Positions 48,495 through 57,678 of a stretch of 64,000 nt of DNA are shown in pieces. This stretch comes from an uncultured Nitrospira sp. (GTDB taxonomy: Bacteria > Nitrospirota > Nitrospiria > Nitrospirales > Nitrospiraceae): contig CABVRW010000008.1 in NCBI GenBank assembly GCA_902500785.1, forward strand, positions 19,095 through 83,094, read 5' to 3'. Made by a program: the position numbers and the translations under genes. Position 1 is the first letter of the stretch. Every line of letters starts with the position of its first letter. The notes below the pieces were generated by a model. The model was given only the letters and a program-made list of their open reading frames with translations, was not told the DNA's origin and did no database searches.

Positions 48495-49712
48495 ATGGAA
48501 GAGACCATGACGACGTCTAGCCATCCACCCCTCTCGCTTTTGCAGTTCGATAGTTCCCCTGAGCGCGGATTCCTGCCGGCGACAGACCCGATGGAGCACC
48601 TTCCCGATGAACCGATTCTGAATCAGGTCGGGACAGAGCTGCCGAAGTTCTTGACCGCCCGACAGTTTCGACATTTTATCCAGGACCATCAGGAGGTCAT
48701 GGGCCCGGTGGCGGATGACTGGGGCCTCGACACGTTTCGTTGCGTGATGCGTACCCTGTCTTTTGCCGGTCACGCCTATGTCTGGGAAGATCCCGACCAT
48801 CCTGCTTCCCGCCTGCCGTCGAGTCTGGCCTTACCCTGGTACAGTGTCGCGCAACAGCTCGGACGTCCACCGGTGCTGTCCTATGCCTCGTATGCGCTGC
48901 ACAATTGGCGTCGGCTTGATCCGCTGAAGCCCATCGAGTTAGGCAACGTCGTGCTCCTGCAGAATTTTCTCGGCGGCTTGGATGAAGAATGGTTTGTTCT
49001 GGTGCACATCGACATTGAGGCTAAGGCGGGGCCGGGCTTGGCGGGCTTGGTCCAGGCTCAGAACGCGGCCCAGGAGAAGAAGGACGAAGAAGTGCTCCAG
49101 GGCCTACGCGCGCTTGCCAGCTCGCAGGAAGCGATGCGCGACACCCTGCTCCGCATGCCGGAACGCTGTGACCCGTACATCTATTACAGTCGCGTACGGC
49201 CCTATATTCACGGCTGGAAGAACAGTCCGGCATTGCCGGAGGGGCTGATATATGAAGGGGTCGCAGACTACGCCGAACGACCGCAACAGTTGCGCGGCGA
49301 GACCGGCTCGCAAAGTTCAATTGTTCCGGTTCTAGACGCCGGCCTCGGCGTTCCCCATGCCGATGATCCGCTGACGCAGTATCTCCTAGAGATGCGGGAC
49401 TATATGCCTGCGCGCCACCGGGCGTTTGTCGTCGCGTTGGAACAGCGAGTGGATGCGCGACAGCGCCCGCTGCTGCACGGCTATGTTCGCGATCGCAAAA
49501 CGACCCATCCTGAATTGTGGAAGGCCTTCTGTGCCTGCGTGGACCTGCTCGCGCAATTCCGTGAGATTCACATCGGCTACGCCGAGCGGTATATCTTTCG
49601 ACAACATCAATCGCACGCCAGTAATCCCACTGCCGTCGGTACCGGCGGCACGCCGTTCATGCCGTATCTGAACAAGCACCTCGAAGAGACGAAGCGCTTC
49701 ATTCTGGACTAA
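48495..49712 (+). CDS. indoleamine 2,3-dioxygenase-family heme protein
   Basis: RGFLP, RPPVLSYASY..NWR, EEWFVLVH..IE, RVRPYIHGWK, RGETGSQSS, YMPARHRAF, FREIH (proximal His), GTGGT. Confidence 0.88.
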   Translation: MEETMTTSSHPPLSLLQFDSSPERGFLPATDPMEHLPDEPILNQVGTELPKFLTARQFRHFIQDHQEVMGPVADDWGLDTFRCVMRTLSFAGHAYVWEDPDHPASRLPSSLALPWYSVAQQLGRPPVLSYASYALHNWRRLDPLKPIELGNVVLLQNFLGGLDEEWFVLVHIDIEAKAGPGLAGLVQAQNAAQEKKDEEVLQGLRALASSQEAMRDTLLRMPERCDPYIYYSRVRPYIHGWKNSPALPEGLIYEGVADYAERPQQLRGETGSQSSIVPVLDAGLGVPHADDPLTQYLLEMRDYMPARHRAFVVALEQRVDARQRPLLHGYVRDRKTTHPELWKAFCACVDLLAQFREIHIGYAERYIFRQHQSHASNPTAVGTGGTPFMPYLNKHLEETKRFILD

Positions 49713-49798
49713 GCGTCAGCTCGCGCCCCAATGCCGCTGTTCTGGAGTGGAATACTGGCGCCAGACTTCGTACACTCCGTATAGTGTCACTCTGACTT

Positions 49799-50011
49799 AT
49801 GCGCAAACCCGGCGAACCAATCTACCTGCGGATTCACTTCATTGCCCTGACGTTGGTGATTGTGGCTACGGTGGCGCTACCACGCGCGGTGGAGTTTTTT
49901 GTCGGTCCGTTGGGTTTCCGCACCCGGGCACTGGCAGGGTTGGGTATTGCCGTAGCCGGTGGGATTGCCTTGTATCTTCTCTACAATTCCTCCGCCCGCA
50001 ATGAGCCGTAG
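49799..50011 (+). CDS. small two-TM membrane protein (70 aa)
   Basis: Two hydrophobic stretches; fills the gap; TATAGT -10-like element just upstream. Confidence 0.6.
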   Translation: MRKPGEPIYLRIHFIALTLVIVATVALPRAVEFFVGPLGFRTRALAGLGIAVAGGIALYLLYNSSARNEP

Positions 50012-50170
50012 CGGGATGGCGGAATCATTCTCTCGATTCTCAGCCAGCGTGCGGACACCTTCAACCGTCATGCATTCGACATCCCTCGCTTAGGCGAATG
50101 GAAGTTGTCCAGTCTCCTGCGCCGATTGCCTGATATGATCAAGATATGCCTCGCCCATGGAGTAAGCACC

Positions 50171-50812
50171 ATGGTGTGGAGAAGGTTTGCGTGCAGTTGG
50201 TTGAGTGCCGGGTTGTTTTGTTGTTTGCTTCTTTTCCTCTCGCCCTCTCCATTGAAGGCCGAGTGGTATGCGGCCGCTCAGCTAGGAGCAAATTTCGCCG
50301 ATCCCATCCGGAATGTTCGAGGAAGCGGCACTCTTGCAGGTCGGGATGCCCCGAACTTCAATTTGAAAACCAGCCCAGCGTTCGGCGGCAAGCTGGGCGT
50401 CTTTCCCAACCATGGGATCTTCGGGCTTGAATTGGATGTCTCGCAGAGCACCCCGCACATCAAAAATCTCGATGATGTGCCGGGCATCCATCTTGCCGTC
50501 ACCAATATCGGCGCCAACGTGCTGTTACGGTATCCCGGGGTGACCTGGCAGCCCTATATCGGCGGTGGTCCGGCCTTGCTCGTGGCGCGACTCGGCCGTT
50601 CCTCAACGACGGAACGTGATACACAAGTCTCGGTCGGTGGGAATGTGCTGGTCGGCATCAGGGCCTTTGTGACACCTAGGGTGGCGCTCTTTACCGAATA
50701 CAAATATACCGACTCCACGTTTCGCTTCGGCGGCGCGTTTGGACCGGTGGGCGGGTTCGACGGCACCTATCGGGCACATCAACTGTTTGTCGGCCTGTCC
50801 TATCATTTCTAG
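50171..50812 (+). CDS. outer-membrane beta-barrel protein (OmpA/OmpW-like)
   Basis: Signal peptide, QPYIGGG, LFTEYKY, C-terminal VGLSYHF; start uncertain. Confidence 0.85.
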   Translation: MVWRRFACSWLSAGLFCCLLLFLSPSPLKAEWYAAAQLGANFADPIRNVRGSGTLAGRDAPNFNLKTSPAFGGKLGVFPNHGIFGLELDVSQSTPHIKNLDDVPGIHLAVTNIGANVLLRYPGVTWQPYIGGGPALLVARLGRSSTTERDTQVSVGGNVLVGIRAFVTPRVALFTEYKYTDSTFRFGGAFGPVGGFDGTYRAHQLFVGLSYHF

Positions 50813-50823
50813 GAGGTACAGCC

Positions 50824-51189
50824 ATGACGCGCTCGATCGTTTCCATGTTCGTCGCAAGTGCGTTGTTGCTCCTGGCGGGCTGTGCGCAGTCGGTCCACCA
50901 AGCGCAGCGTATAGCCAACAGCGACGTTATGGTCGATCCAGGCTATGCGGGTACCCAGTCCTATTCCTATTGGCCGGGTCCTAGATATGGCCCGGGGTAT
51001 GGGCTCGGATATGGCGTCGGGTACTGGGGAAATCCGTTCAGATACTATGGTGGTCCCTACGGGCCGCTGGGTTTCGGCTGGTACGGAGGATATGGTGGCT
51101 TCGGCGCGGCGCGTCCGCCATCTGGTTCGGCCGGGCCTCGTCCGACGCTTCCGCTCAATGCGCCCCCGCAGTTTAGGAAGAGGCCTTGA
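50824..51189 (+). CDS. Gly/Tyr/Pro-rich lipoprotein
   Basis: Lipobox LLAGC; GPRYGPGYGLGYGVGYWGNPFRYYGGPYGP; GGAGG SD. Confidence 0.8.
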   Translation: MTRSIVSMFVASALLLLAGCAQSVHQAQRIANSDVMVDPGYAGTQSYSYWPGPRYGPGYGLGYGVGYWGNPFRYYGGPYGPLGFGWYGGYGGFGAARPPSGSAGPRPTLPLNAPPQFRKRP

Positions 51190-51316
51190 GTCTGGGCTCC
51201 CCACAGAGGTGGCACTCTTCGAATGTGATACCATCTCTCGCGGTCTGCGGCTGATGATGAATGGGGACGATCCTTACGGAACGCCTGCCCGCCTATTCTT
51301 TTAATGGCTCCGCTGT

Positions 51317-51346
51317 TTGACACATTCTTTGGGGCTGTGGTACCTT
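51317..51346 (+). promoter_or_regulatory. sigma70 promoter of rpsF-ssb-rpsR
   Basis: TTGACA 51317-51322, 18 bp, TG-g-TACCTT (51341-51346). Confidence 0.6.
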
Positions 51347-51380
51347 GCCCAGCTCATGTCGGCTCGTCCGGCATACCTAC

Positions 51381-51420
51381 ACCTCGCTCCCATCGAGAAT
51401 GGGGGCCAACGCCCAGGAGG
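51381..51420 (+). promoter_or_regulatory. candidate S6:S18 autoregulatory leader
   Basis: Hairpin CTCCCAT/ATGGGGG (51387-51405), then CCA (CCR motif), then AGGAGG; upstream CCT can pair with the SD. Confidence 0.5.
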
Positions 51421-51427
51421 AATCTGC

Positions 51428-51781
51428 ATGGAACTCTATGAGTCCCTGTTCATTATTCGTCCGACATTAAACGACGAAGAAACGACCGCGCTGATCGAGA
51501 AGATGAAGGGTACCGTTACGAAGAACGGAGCTTCGCTTGAGCGGGCTGAGAATTGGGGCCGTAAAAAACTCGCCTACGAGATTAAACGTGAGCGCAAAGG
51601 CACGTACGTCTACTTCTACTTCAAGGGTCCAGGCGCGGTGATCGCCGAATTGGAGCGCGCGTACCGACTGGAAGATTCGATCATAAAATTTTTGACCGTG
51701 AAGTTGGAGCAGGAACCTGCTCCGCCCAGAGGTGCCCCAGTCGTCGCGGCACAAGGAGCGACCGTTGGCGGGGTTCAATAA
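51428..51781 (+). CDS. rpsF: 30S ribosomal protein S6
   Basis: YESLFIIRP, WGRKKLAYEI, G.YVYFYF. Confidence 0.97.
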   Translation: MELYESLFIIRPTLNDEETTALIEKMKGTVTKNGASLERAENWGRKKLAYEIKRERKGTYVYFYFKGPGAVIAELERAYRLEDSIIKFLTVKLEQEPAPPRGAPVVAAQGATVGGVQ

Positions 51782-52157
51782 AGTCATTCTGGTCGGGAAT
51801 CTGACTCGCAATCCGGAGTTGCGTTATACGCCCAGTGGGACGCCGGTGGCCAGCTTTGGGTTGGCGACGAGTCGGCGTTTCAAGCAGGGGGATGAACTCA
51901 AGGAAGAAGTCTGTTTCATCGACATTGTGGTGTTCGGGAAGCAGGCAGAACATTGCGGGCAGTATCTGAGCAAGGGCAACGGCGTGATTATCGATGGACG
52001 GCTTCAGCAGCGCCGTTGGGAGACCGAAGACGGGCAGAAACGTAGCAAACACGAAGTCGTGGCGCAAGGCGTGACCTTTCTGCCGAAGCGAGGCGAGGCA
52101 GGAAGTGAGAGCGGCGGCTCACACGAGGAACCTTCATACGACGACGAACAGTTGTAG
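51765..52157 (+). CDS. ssb: single-stranded DNA-binding protein
   Basis: FNKVILVGNLTRNPELRYTPSG, GRLQQRRWE; TTG start after AAGGAG. Confidence 0.96.
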   Translation: MAGFNKVILVGNLTRNPELRYTPSGTPVASFGLATSRRFKQGDELKEEVCFIDIVVFGKQAEHCGQYLSKGNGVIIDGRLQQRRWETEDGQKRSKHEVVAQGVTFLPKRGEAGSESGGSHEEPSYDDEQL

Positions 52158-52172
52158 CAGACGGAGGCGAGT

Positions 52173-52430
52173 ATGGAACGAGGAGATCGTGGAAATAGCG
52201 GGGGCGGCGGCGGTCGGTTTTTTCAGCGCCGCAAGCCATGCCGGTTTTGTGTCGATAAGGCGCCGATTGATTTCAAGGATGTCGGCTTGTTGCGGAATTT
52301 CCTGACCGAGCGCGGACGGATTGTGCCGCGACGCATCTCCGGAAATTGCCTGCAGCACCAACGAGTGCTGACCGTGGCCGTGAAGCGCGCCCGCCAGATC
52401 GCCTTGGTTAGTTTCGCTGAAGAGCGATAG
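52173..52430 (+). CDS. rpsR: 30S ribosomal protein S18 (Zn-binding form)
   Basis: [29 protein letters not shown]. Confidence 0.97.
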   Translation: MERGDRGNSGGGGGRFFQRRKPCRFCVDKAPIDFKDVGLLRNFLTERGRIVPRRISGNCLQHQRVLTVAVKRARQIALVSFAEER

Positions 52431-52526
52431 GGCGAGGGACAGATTTTGGTGAGTCTTGGATCAGGTGTTCGAGCCGTCTGTCCCCCCTTTCATCGGGGGG
52501 CGGTTCTCTCTGTCGTAACGGTGGTT

Positions 52527-53120
52527 ATGGATACGCTCAATCCAGCGATTGTCGACATCGGCCCGGAAGGCCTGTCTCTCTCGTGCACGGCCACGGGGAC
52601 GCAACTCGGCTTGGATGAGCCGGAAGAAAGGTTTCAGGGGCCACTCGCGATTCAAGCGGAACTTGTCCGGCAGGAAGGGCCGATCACGGTCACCGGAACA
52701 TTAGAAGGGACGGCGATTCGCCAGTGTGTTCGCTGTCTCACGGATTATTCCGATCCCCTCTTCGTCACCTTGTATGCGGAGTATTTGCCGCAGGCGGGTG
52801 TGGCGACCAAGCCGGCTCCGGTGGAACAGGGGCGGAAAGGTTCGAGACGCGCTGCCGAGCCGGTTGAGCCTGATGAGGAGGCGGCAGAGGAAGATGAAGT
52901 GTATTTGTATCAGGGCGACCACCTGGATCTGGTTCCAATGGTGCGCGAGCAGGTGATCTTGGCTGCTCCGATGCGACCGTTGTGTCGGGAAGAATGCCTT
53001 GGTCTCTGTCCGCAATGCGGTCAGAATCTCAATGAGCGTCGTTGCGGCTGTCCTCCAGAGCAAGGGCCGAGTCCCTTTCGTGTGTTGCGGGGGCGCCAAT
53101 CCAAAGGTGGAAACGCCTAG
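52527..53120 (+). CDS. yceD: YceD/DUF177 family protein
   Basis: CVRCL, LCREECLGLCPQCGQNLN..CGC; directly upstream of rpmF. Confidence 0.9.
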   Translation: MDTLNPAIVDIGPEGLSLSCTATGTQLGLDEPEERFQGPLAIQAELVRQEGPITVTGTLEGTAIRQCVRCLTDYSDPLFVTLYAEYLPQAGVATKPAPVEQGRKGSRRAAEPVEPDEEAAEEDEVYLYQGDHLDLVPMVREQVILAAPMRPLCREECLGLCPQCGQNLNERRCGCPPEQGPSPFRVLRGRQSKGGNA

Positions 53121-53158
53121 TTTGTTAACCGGGACATGTGCCCGTTGAAGGAGTCGTC

Positions 53159-53344
53159 ATGCCAAATCCAAAACACAAACATTCACGGTCCCGGCGAGAC
53201 ATGCGGCGAACCGCCAAGACGCGGCTGGTTCCGCCTGGATTTTCGCTGTGTCCGCAATGCCACGAATTAAAGTTGCCGCACTACACCTGTATGAATTGCG
53301 GGACGTATAAGGGCAAGGCCGTCATCGTCGTCGAGGAATCCTAA
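53159..53344 (+). CDS. rpmF: 50S ribosomal protein L32
   Basis: [28 protein letters not shown]; AAGGAG SD. Confidence 0.96.
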   Translation: MPNPKHKHSRSRRDMRRTAKTRLVPPGFSLCPQCHELKLPHYTCMNCGTYKGKAVIVVEES

Positions 53345-53496
53345 CTGCAGATTCTTTTCCAGGCGTGATTCGGGTACAATTGCGCACTGTGATCACGATC
53401 CGACGCCATGTCATGCGTGAGGCCGTTCAGGTCCTGGCCGGCAAGGCGTCCCTACACGATTCTTCATACCTCTATTCAGTGGACCGCTAACCGCAC

Positions 53497-54528
53497 ATGA
53501 AGATTGCCGTCGATGCGATGGGCGGAGACCACGGACCGGCCCCGGTCATTGAAGGCGCGATGCAAGCCGCGCAGGAACTGGGGGTCGGTATTATTCTGGT
53601 CGGCAAACAGGATGAGCTGGCCGCCGCATGCTGCAAACTCAACTGCACCGATACTCGGATCACCATTCGCCATGCGCCGCAGGTGGTGGAGATGCACGAG
53701 TCGCCGGCCACGGTGGCACGAAAGAAGCGCGACTCGTCCATTTGGGTGGCGACAGAGCTGGTGAAATCAGGAGAAGCCGATGCAGTCGTGAGCCCGGGGA
53801 ATACCGGCGCTAGCATGGTGGCGTCGTTCTTCGTGCTGGGGTTGATCAAAGGTGTGGAGCGACCGGCGATCGCCACGATGTTGCCGACGTTGACGGGGAG
53901 CGCGGTGATGCTCGACGTCGGCGCCAATGTCGATTGTACGGCTCAGCATCTTGAACAATTTGCCCTGATGGGGAATGAGTTTGCCCGGCACGCGTATGCC
54001 AAGCCCACTCCGCGTGTGGGACTCTTGAGCATCGGGGAGGAAGATAGCAAAGGGAACGAGGTCACCAAGGAAGCCTTCAAACTTCTGAAGGCCAGTCCGC
54101 TGAATTTCATCGGTAACATCGAGGGGCGGGAAGTCTACAGCGGAAGCGCCGATGTGGTGGTCTGCGACGGGTTCATCGGGAACGTGGCGCTCAAGATCTC
54201 GGAAGGTGTCGCGGATGTCATCAAGAAATTGCTGATGAAGGAAATCTCAGGTTCGTGGCTCGGGCGATTGGCGTACCCGCTGATTGCGAAGCCGTTGCTG
54301 AACCTGAAGCGGAAAATAGACTATGCCGAGTTTGGCGGCGCCCCATTGCTGGGAGTCAACGGGACGACCATGATTTGTCACGGCCGTTCGTCCGCCAAAG
54401 CGATCAAGAATGCCATCCGACGCGCCAAGGGCCTCGCCGAGACTCGGCTGGATGAGCTCATTCAGCGTGATATTGAAGAGAGTTTGAGGCGGCACCAAGA
54501 CGAAGGACCGGAAGGGAAAGAGGCGTGA
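53497..54528 (+). CDS. plsX: phosphate acyltransferase PlsX
   Basis: IAVDAMGGDHGP, GNTGA, RPAIA, DVGAN, LLSIGEE, DGFIGN, HGRS. Confidence 0.97.
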   Translation: MKIAVDAMGGDHGPAPVIEGAMQAAQELGVGIILVGKQDELAAACCKLNCTDTRITIRHAPQVVEMHESPATVARKKRDSSIWVATELVKSGEADAVVSPGNTGASMVASFFVLGLIKGVERPAIATMLPTLTGSAVMLDVGANVDCTAQHLEQFALMGNEFARHAYAKPTPRVGLLSIGEEDSKGNEVTKEAFKLLKASPLNFIGNIEGREVYSGSADVVVCDGFIGNVALKISEGVADVIKKLLMKEISGSWLGRLAYPLIAKPLLNLKRKIDYAEFGGAPLLGVNGTTMICHGRSSAKAIKNAIRRAKGLAETRLDELIQRDIEESLRRHQDEGPEGKEA

Positions 54529-55502
54529 TACGAGCGCGAATCACCGGAACCGGGGCGTACGCTCCGGAACGAGTGATGACGAATGCCGATGTGGAGAAGT
54601 TGGTCGCGACGTCCGATGAGTGGATCCGTGAGCGGACGGGCATTCGCGAACGGCGTATCGCGGCAGAAGGGCAAGCCTGTTCCGATCTGGGATTGATCGC
54701 CGCCGAACGTGCCTTGAAGGCTGCCTGCATCTCTGCCGGTGAACTCGATATGATTCTCCTGGCAACCTGCACGGGGGACATGCCGTTACCCTCGACCGCT
54801 TGCCTGCTCCAGCATCGGCTCGGGGCGACCCGCGCAGCGGCCTGTGATGTGTCTGCTGCCTGCTGCGGATTCGTATACGCGCTCGGTGTGGCCGATGCGT
54901 ACATTCGAACCGGCATGCGGCATGTGCTGGTCGTGGGATCGGAAGTCATGTCGACGATTACAGATTGGACGGATCGCAATACCTGCATTCTGTTCGGGGA
55001 TGGTGCCGGTGCGGCGGTGGTGAGCGCTTCGGAGGGCGAACGCGGGGTGCTGTCCACCCATTTGCACTCCGACGGCAGTCTGTCTGATTTGATTGTGGTG
55101 CCCGGCGGTGGGACACGAATTCCTCCCTCCGAAGCGATGATGCGCGAGCGATCGCAGTACATCAAGATGAAGGGCAATGAAACGTTCAAGGTGGCGGTAC
55201 GGACGCTCGAGGAGGTGGCGCGGGAGACGCTGGCTGCGCATCACCTGTCGGTCGAGGACATCGATGTGTACATTCCCCACCAGGCAAACTTGCGGATCAT
55301 TAAAGCCGTGGCCGACCGCCTGGGACTGCCACTCGAAAAGGTGGTCTTGAATATGGACCGATACGGGAACACGTCCGCCGCGTCGATTCCCATTGCCTTG
55401 GATGAAGCTGTGCGCGATGGGCGGGTCACAGAGGGACAGTTGGTGATGTTCGGTGCCTTTGGGGCGGGACTGACCTGGGCTTCGGCATTGGTGCGCTGGT
55501 AG
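54525..55502 (+). CDS. fabH: beta-ketoacyl-ACP synthase III
   Basis: WIRERTGIRER, AACCGF, LFGDGAGA, PHQAN, GNTSAASIP, FGAGLTW. Confidence 0.97.
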   Translation: MIRARITGTGAYAPERVMTNADVEKLVATSDEWIRERTGIRERRIAAEGQACSDLGLIAAERALKAACISAGELDMILLATCTGDMPLPSTACLLQHRLGATRAAACDVSAACCGFVYALGVADAYIRTGMRHVLVVGSEVMSTITDWTDRNTCILFGDGAGAAVVSASEGERGVLSTHLHSDGSLSDLIVVPGGGTRIPPSEAMMRERSQYIKMKGNETFKVAVRTLEEVARETLAAHHLSVEDIDVYIPHQANLRIIKAVADRLGLPLEKVVLNMDRYGNTSAASIPIALDEAVRDGRVTEGQLVMFGAFGAGLTWASALVRW

Positions 55503-55608
55503 TCGGGAGAGACTGTGTCGACACGTGTCAGTCGCGATGGCTGCGCATTGATCGTCTCGCTTTTTCCCGTTGACATTGAGGTTGGTTTCTACGATACCTT
55601 ACGCGGCT

Positions 55609-56562
55609 ATGATGGCGTCACAAATTGGATTTTTGTTCCCCGGACAGGGGTCGCAATCCGTGGGGATGGGACGTGGGTTCTATGAGGCGCTTCCGTCGGT
55701 CAAGACGGTCTATGATGAAGCCTCCTCGATCCTCGGCTATGATATTGCGCAGCTCTGTTTCGAAGGTCCGGCTGAACGGTTGAATATGACGGAATATACT
55801 CAGCCGGCGCTGCTGGTCAGCAGCGCGGCGGCGCTGAAGGCGTTTGAACCAGCCGGGGTGAAGCCGCTGGCTGTGGCCGGGCACAGTCTCGGTGAATATT
55901 CGGCAGTCTATGCGGCAGGTGGGGTATCGTTTCGGGATGCCGTGGCGCTCGTGCAGAAGCGCGGCCGATACATGGCCGAAGCGGTGCCTCCGGGGACCGG
56001 GCTTGTCGCGGCCTTATTGGGGCTGTCTGCGGATGTCGTCATGGCGGCCTGCCAAGAGGCTGCTTCGGTGGGTGTGGTGGCGGCCGCGAATTTTAACTCT
56101 CCCGGCCAAGTCGTCATCGCCGGAGAAAAGGCTGCGGTCGAACGGGCGATTGAGCTTGCCAAAACCAAGGGATGCAAGAAGGCGATTCCACTCCCGGTCA
56201 GTGTGCCTGTTCATACGCCACTGATGCAGGGAGCGGCAGACCGGCTCGCCGCCGAGTTCGGTGGAGTGGCCTGGCGAGATTTGAGCGTGCCGTTGATCAA
56301 TAATGCCGAGGCTGCGTCGCTGCAGCGATCCGAAGATATCCGTGCCTCACTGGTCCGGCAGTTGCCGTCATCGGTGCGGTGGGAAGAATCGGTGCTGGCG
56401 ATGTCCAGGCTCGGGGTGACGACCTTCGTCGAGATCGGGCCGGGCACAGTGCTGACGGGGTTGGTGAAGCGGATTCTTCCGGGCGCCGTCACGGCGAACG
56501 TGAATGATCCGAAGTCGCTGGAGGCGACACTCACGATGTTAGGTGTAGAGGGTCACGCGTAA
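55609..56562 (+). CDS. fabD: malonyl-CoA:ACP transacylase
   Basis: FPGQGSQ, TQPAL, GHSLGEY, NFNSPGQVVI, IGPG. Confidence 0.97.
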   Translation: MMASQIGFLFPGQGSQSVGMGRGFYEALPSVKTVYDEASSILGYDIAQLCFEGPAERLNMTEYTQPALLVSSAAALKAFEPAGVKPLAVAGHSLGEYSAVYAAGGVSFRDAVALVQKRGRYMAEAVPPGTGLVAALLGLSADVVMAACQEAASVGVVAAANFNSPGQVVIAGEKAAVERAIELAKTKGCKKAIPLPVSVPVHTPLMQGAADRLAAEFGGVAWRDLSVPLINNAEAASLQRSEDIRASLVRQLPSSVRWEESVLAMSRLGVTTFVEIGPGTVLTGLVKRILPGAVTANVNDPKSLEATLTMLGVEGHA

Positions 56563-56591
56563 GACGTGTTGAGATTGCAGGGAGCAGGCTG

Positions 56592-57335
56592 ATGTCATTA
56601 CAAGGAAAAGTAGCGATTGTCACCGGCGGGGCTCAGGGGATCGGACGCGCCATTGCGGAAGCGTTGGCGGAGGATGGCGCAGACATTGCGGTGGCAGACC
56701 TCGATCCAGGGCGCTCGCAGGAGGCCGTGGCGGCGATTCAAAAGTTGGGGCGACGAGCCCTCAGCGTGAAGGTGAACGTGGCTGATTGGAACGATGCCAA
56801 GGCCATGGCCGGTCACGTGATGCAGGAGTGGGGTAAGATTGATATTCTGGTCAACAACGCCGGCATTACGCGCGACGGATTATTGCTCAGGATGAAAGAG
56901 GAAGATTGGAATCTGGTCTTGCAGGTGAATTTGAATGGAACCTTTCATTGCACGAAAGCCGTGTTGCTTCCGATGACCAAGCAGCGGTATGGGCGGATCG
57001 TCAATATTGCCTCGATCGTCGGGGCAATGGGGAACATCGGACAGGCGAACTATGCGGCGTCGAAGGCGGCGGTGATCGGGTTCACCAAGACGGTGGCACG
57101 CGAATACGCGAGCCGAGCGGTGACGGTGAACGCGGTGGCGCCGGGGTTTATTGATACGGCGATGACCCAGGGGCTGTCGACAGAGGTCAAGGAAGCCCTG
57201 CAGAAGCAGATTCCATTGGGACGTCTGGGGCTCCCGTCCGACATCGCGTCGGCGGTGCGATTCCTGGTGTCGGATGCAGCGTCGTACATCACGGGGCAAG
57301 TGTTGCACGTGAACGGTGGCATGCTCATGGTATAA
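56592..57335 (+). CDS. fabG: 3-oxoacyl-ACP reductase
   Basis: TGGAQGIG, LVNNAGITRD, NYAASKA, NAVAPGFI, GQVLHVNGG. Confidence 0.97.
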   Translation: MSLQGKVAIVTGGAQGIGRAIAEALAEDGADIAVADLDPGRSQEAVAAIQKLGRRALSVKVNVADWNDAKAMAGHVMQEWGKIDILVNNAGITRDGLLLRMKEEDWNLVLQVNLNGTFHCTKAVLLPMTKQRYGRIVNIASIVGAMGNIGQANYAASKAAVIGFTKTVAREYASRAVTVNAVAPGFIDTAMTQGLSTEVKEALQKQIPLGRLGLPSDIASAVRFLVSDAASYITGQVLHVNGGMLMV

Positions 57336-57431
57336 ATGAGTCAGGTCGGGTGGCCGGGTTGGTTCTCATCGATCCGGAATATCTCGGCGAGGAATGTGGA
57401 GGCTACGATGGGGAAGGAGGTGGGCAAGTCC

Positions 57432-57665
57432 ATGGCTACAGTAGATGAACGGGTGAAGAAAATTATTGCCGAGCAATTGGGGGTCGAGGAAGAAGAAGTG
57501 ACGCTTGAGGCCCATTTCGTTGAAGATTTGGGCGCCGATTCGCTCGACACGGTCGAATTGGTCATGGCCCTGGAAGAAGAGTTTGAGATCGAGATCCCGG
57601 ATGAGGATGCGGAAAAGATCCTGACCGTCGGGAAAGCGTTGGACTATATTAAAGAGAAGGCCTAA
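57432..57665 (+). CDS. acpP: acyl carrier protein
   Basis: [20 protein letters not shown]; AAGGAGG SD before ATG 57432. Confidence 0.98.
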   Translation: MATVDERVKKIIAEQLGVEEEEVTLEAHFVEDLGADSLDTVELVMALEEEFEIEIPDEDAEKILTVGKALDYIKEKA

Positions 57666-57678
57666 CGGAAGCGTAGAT

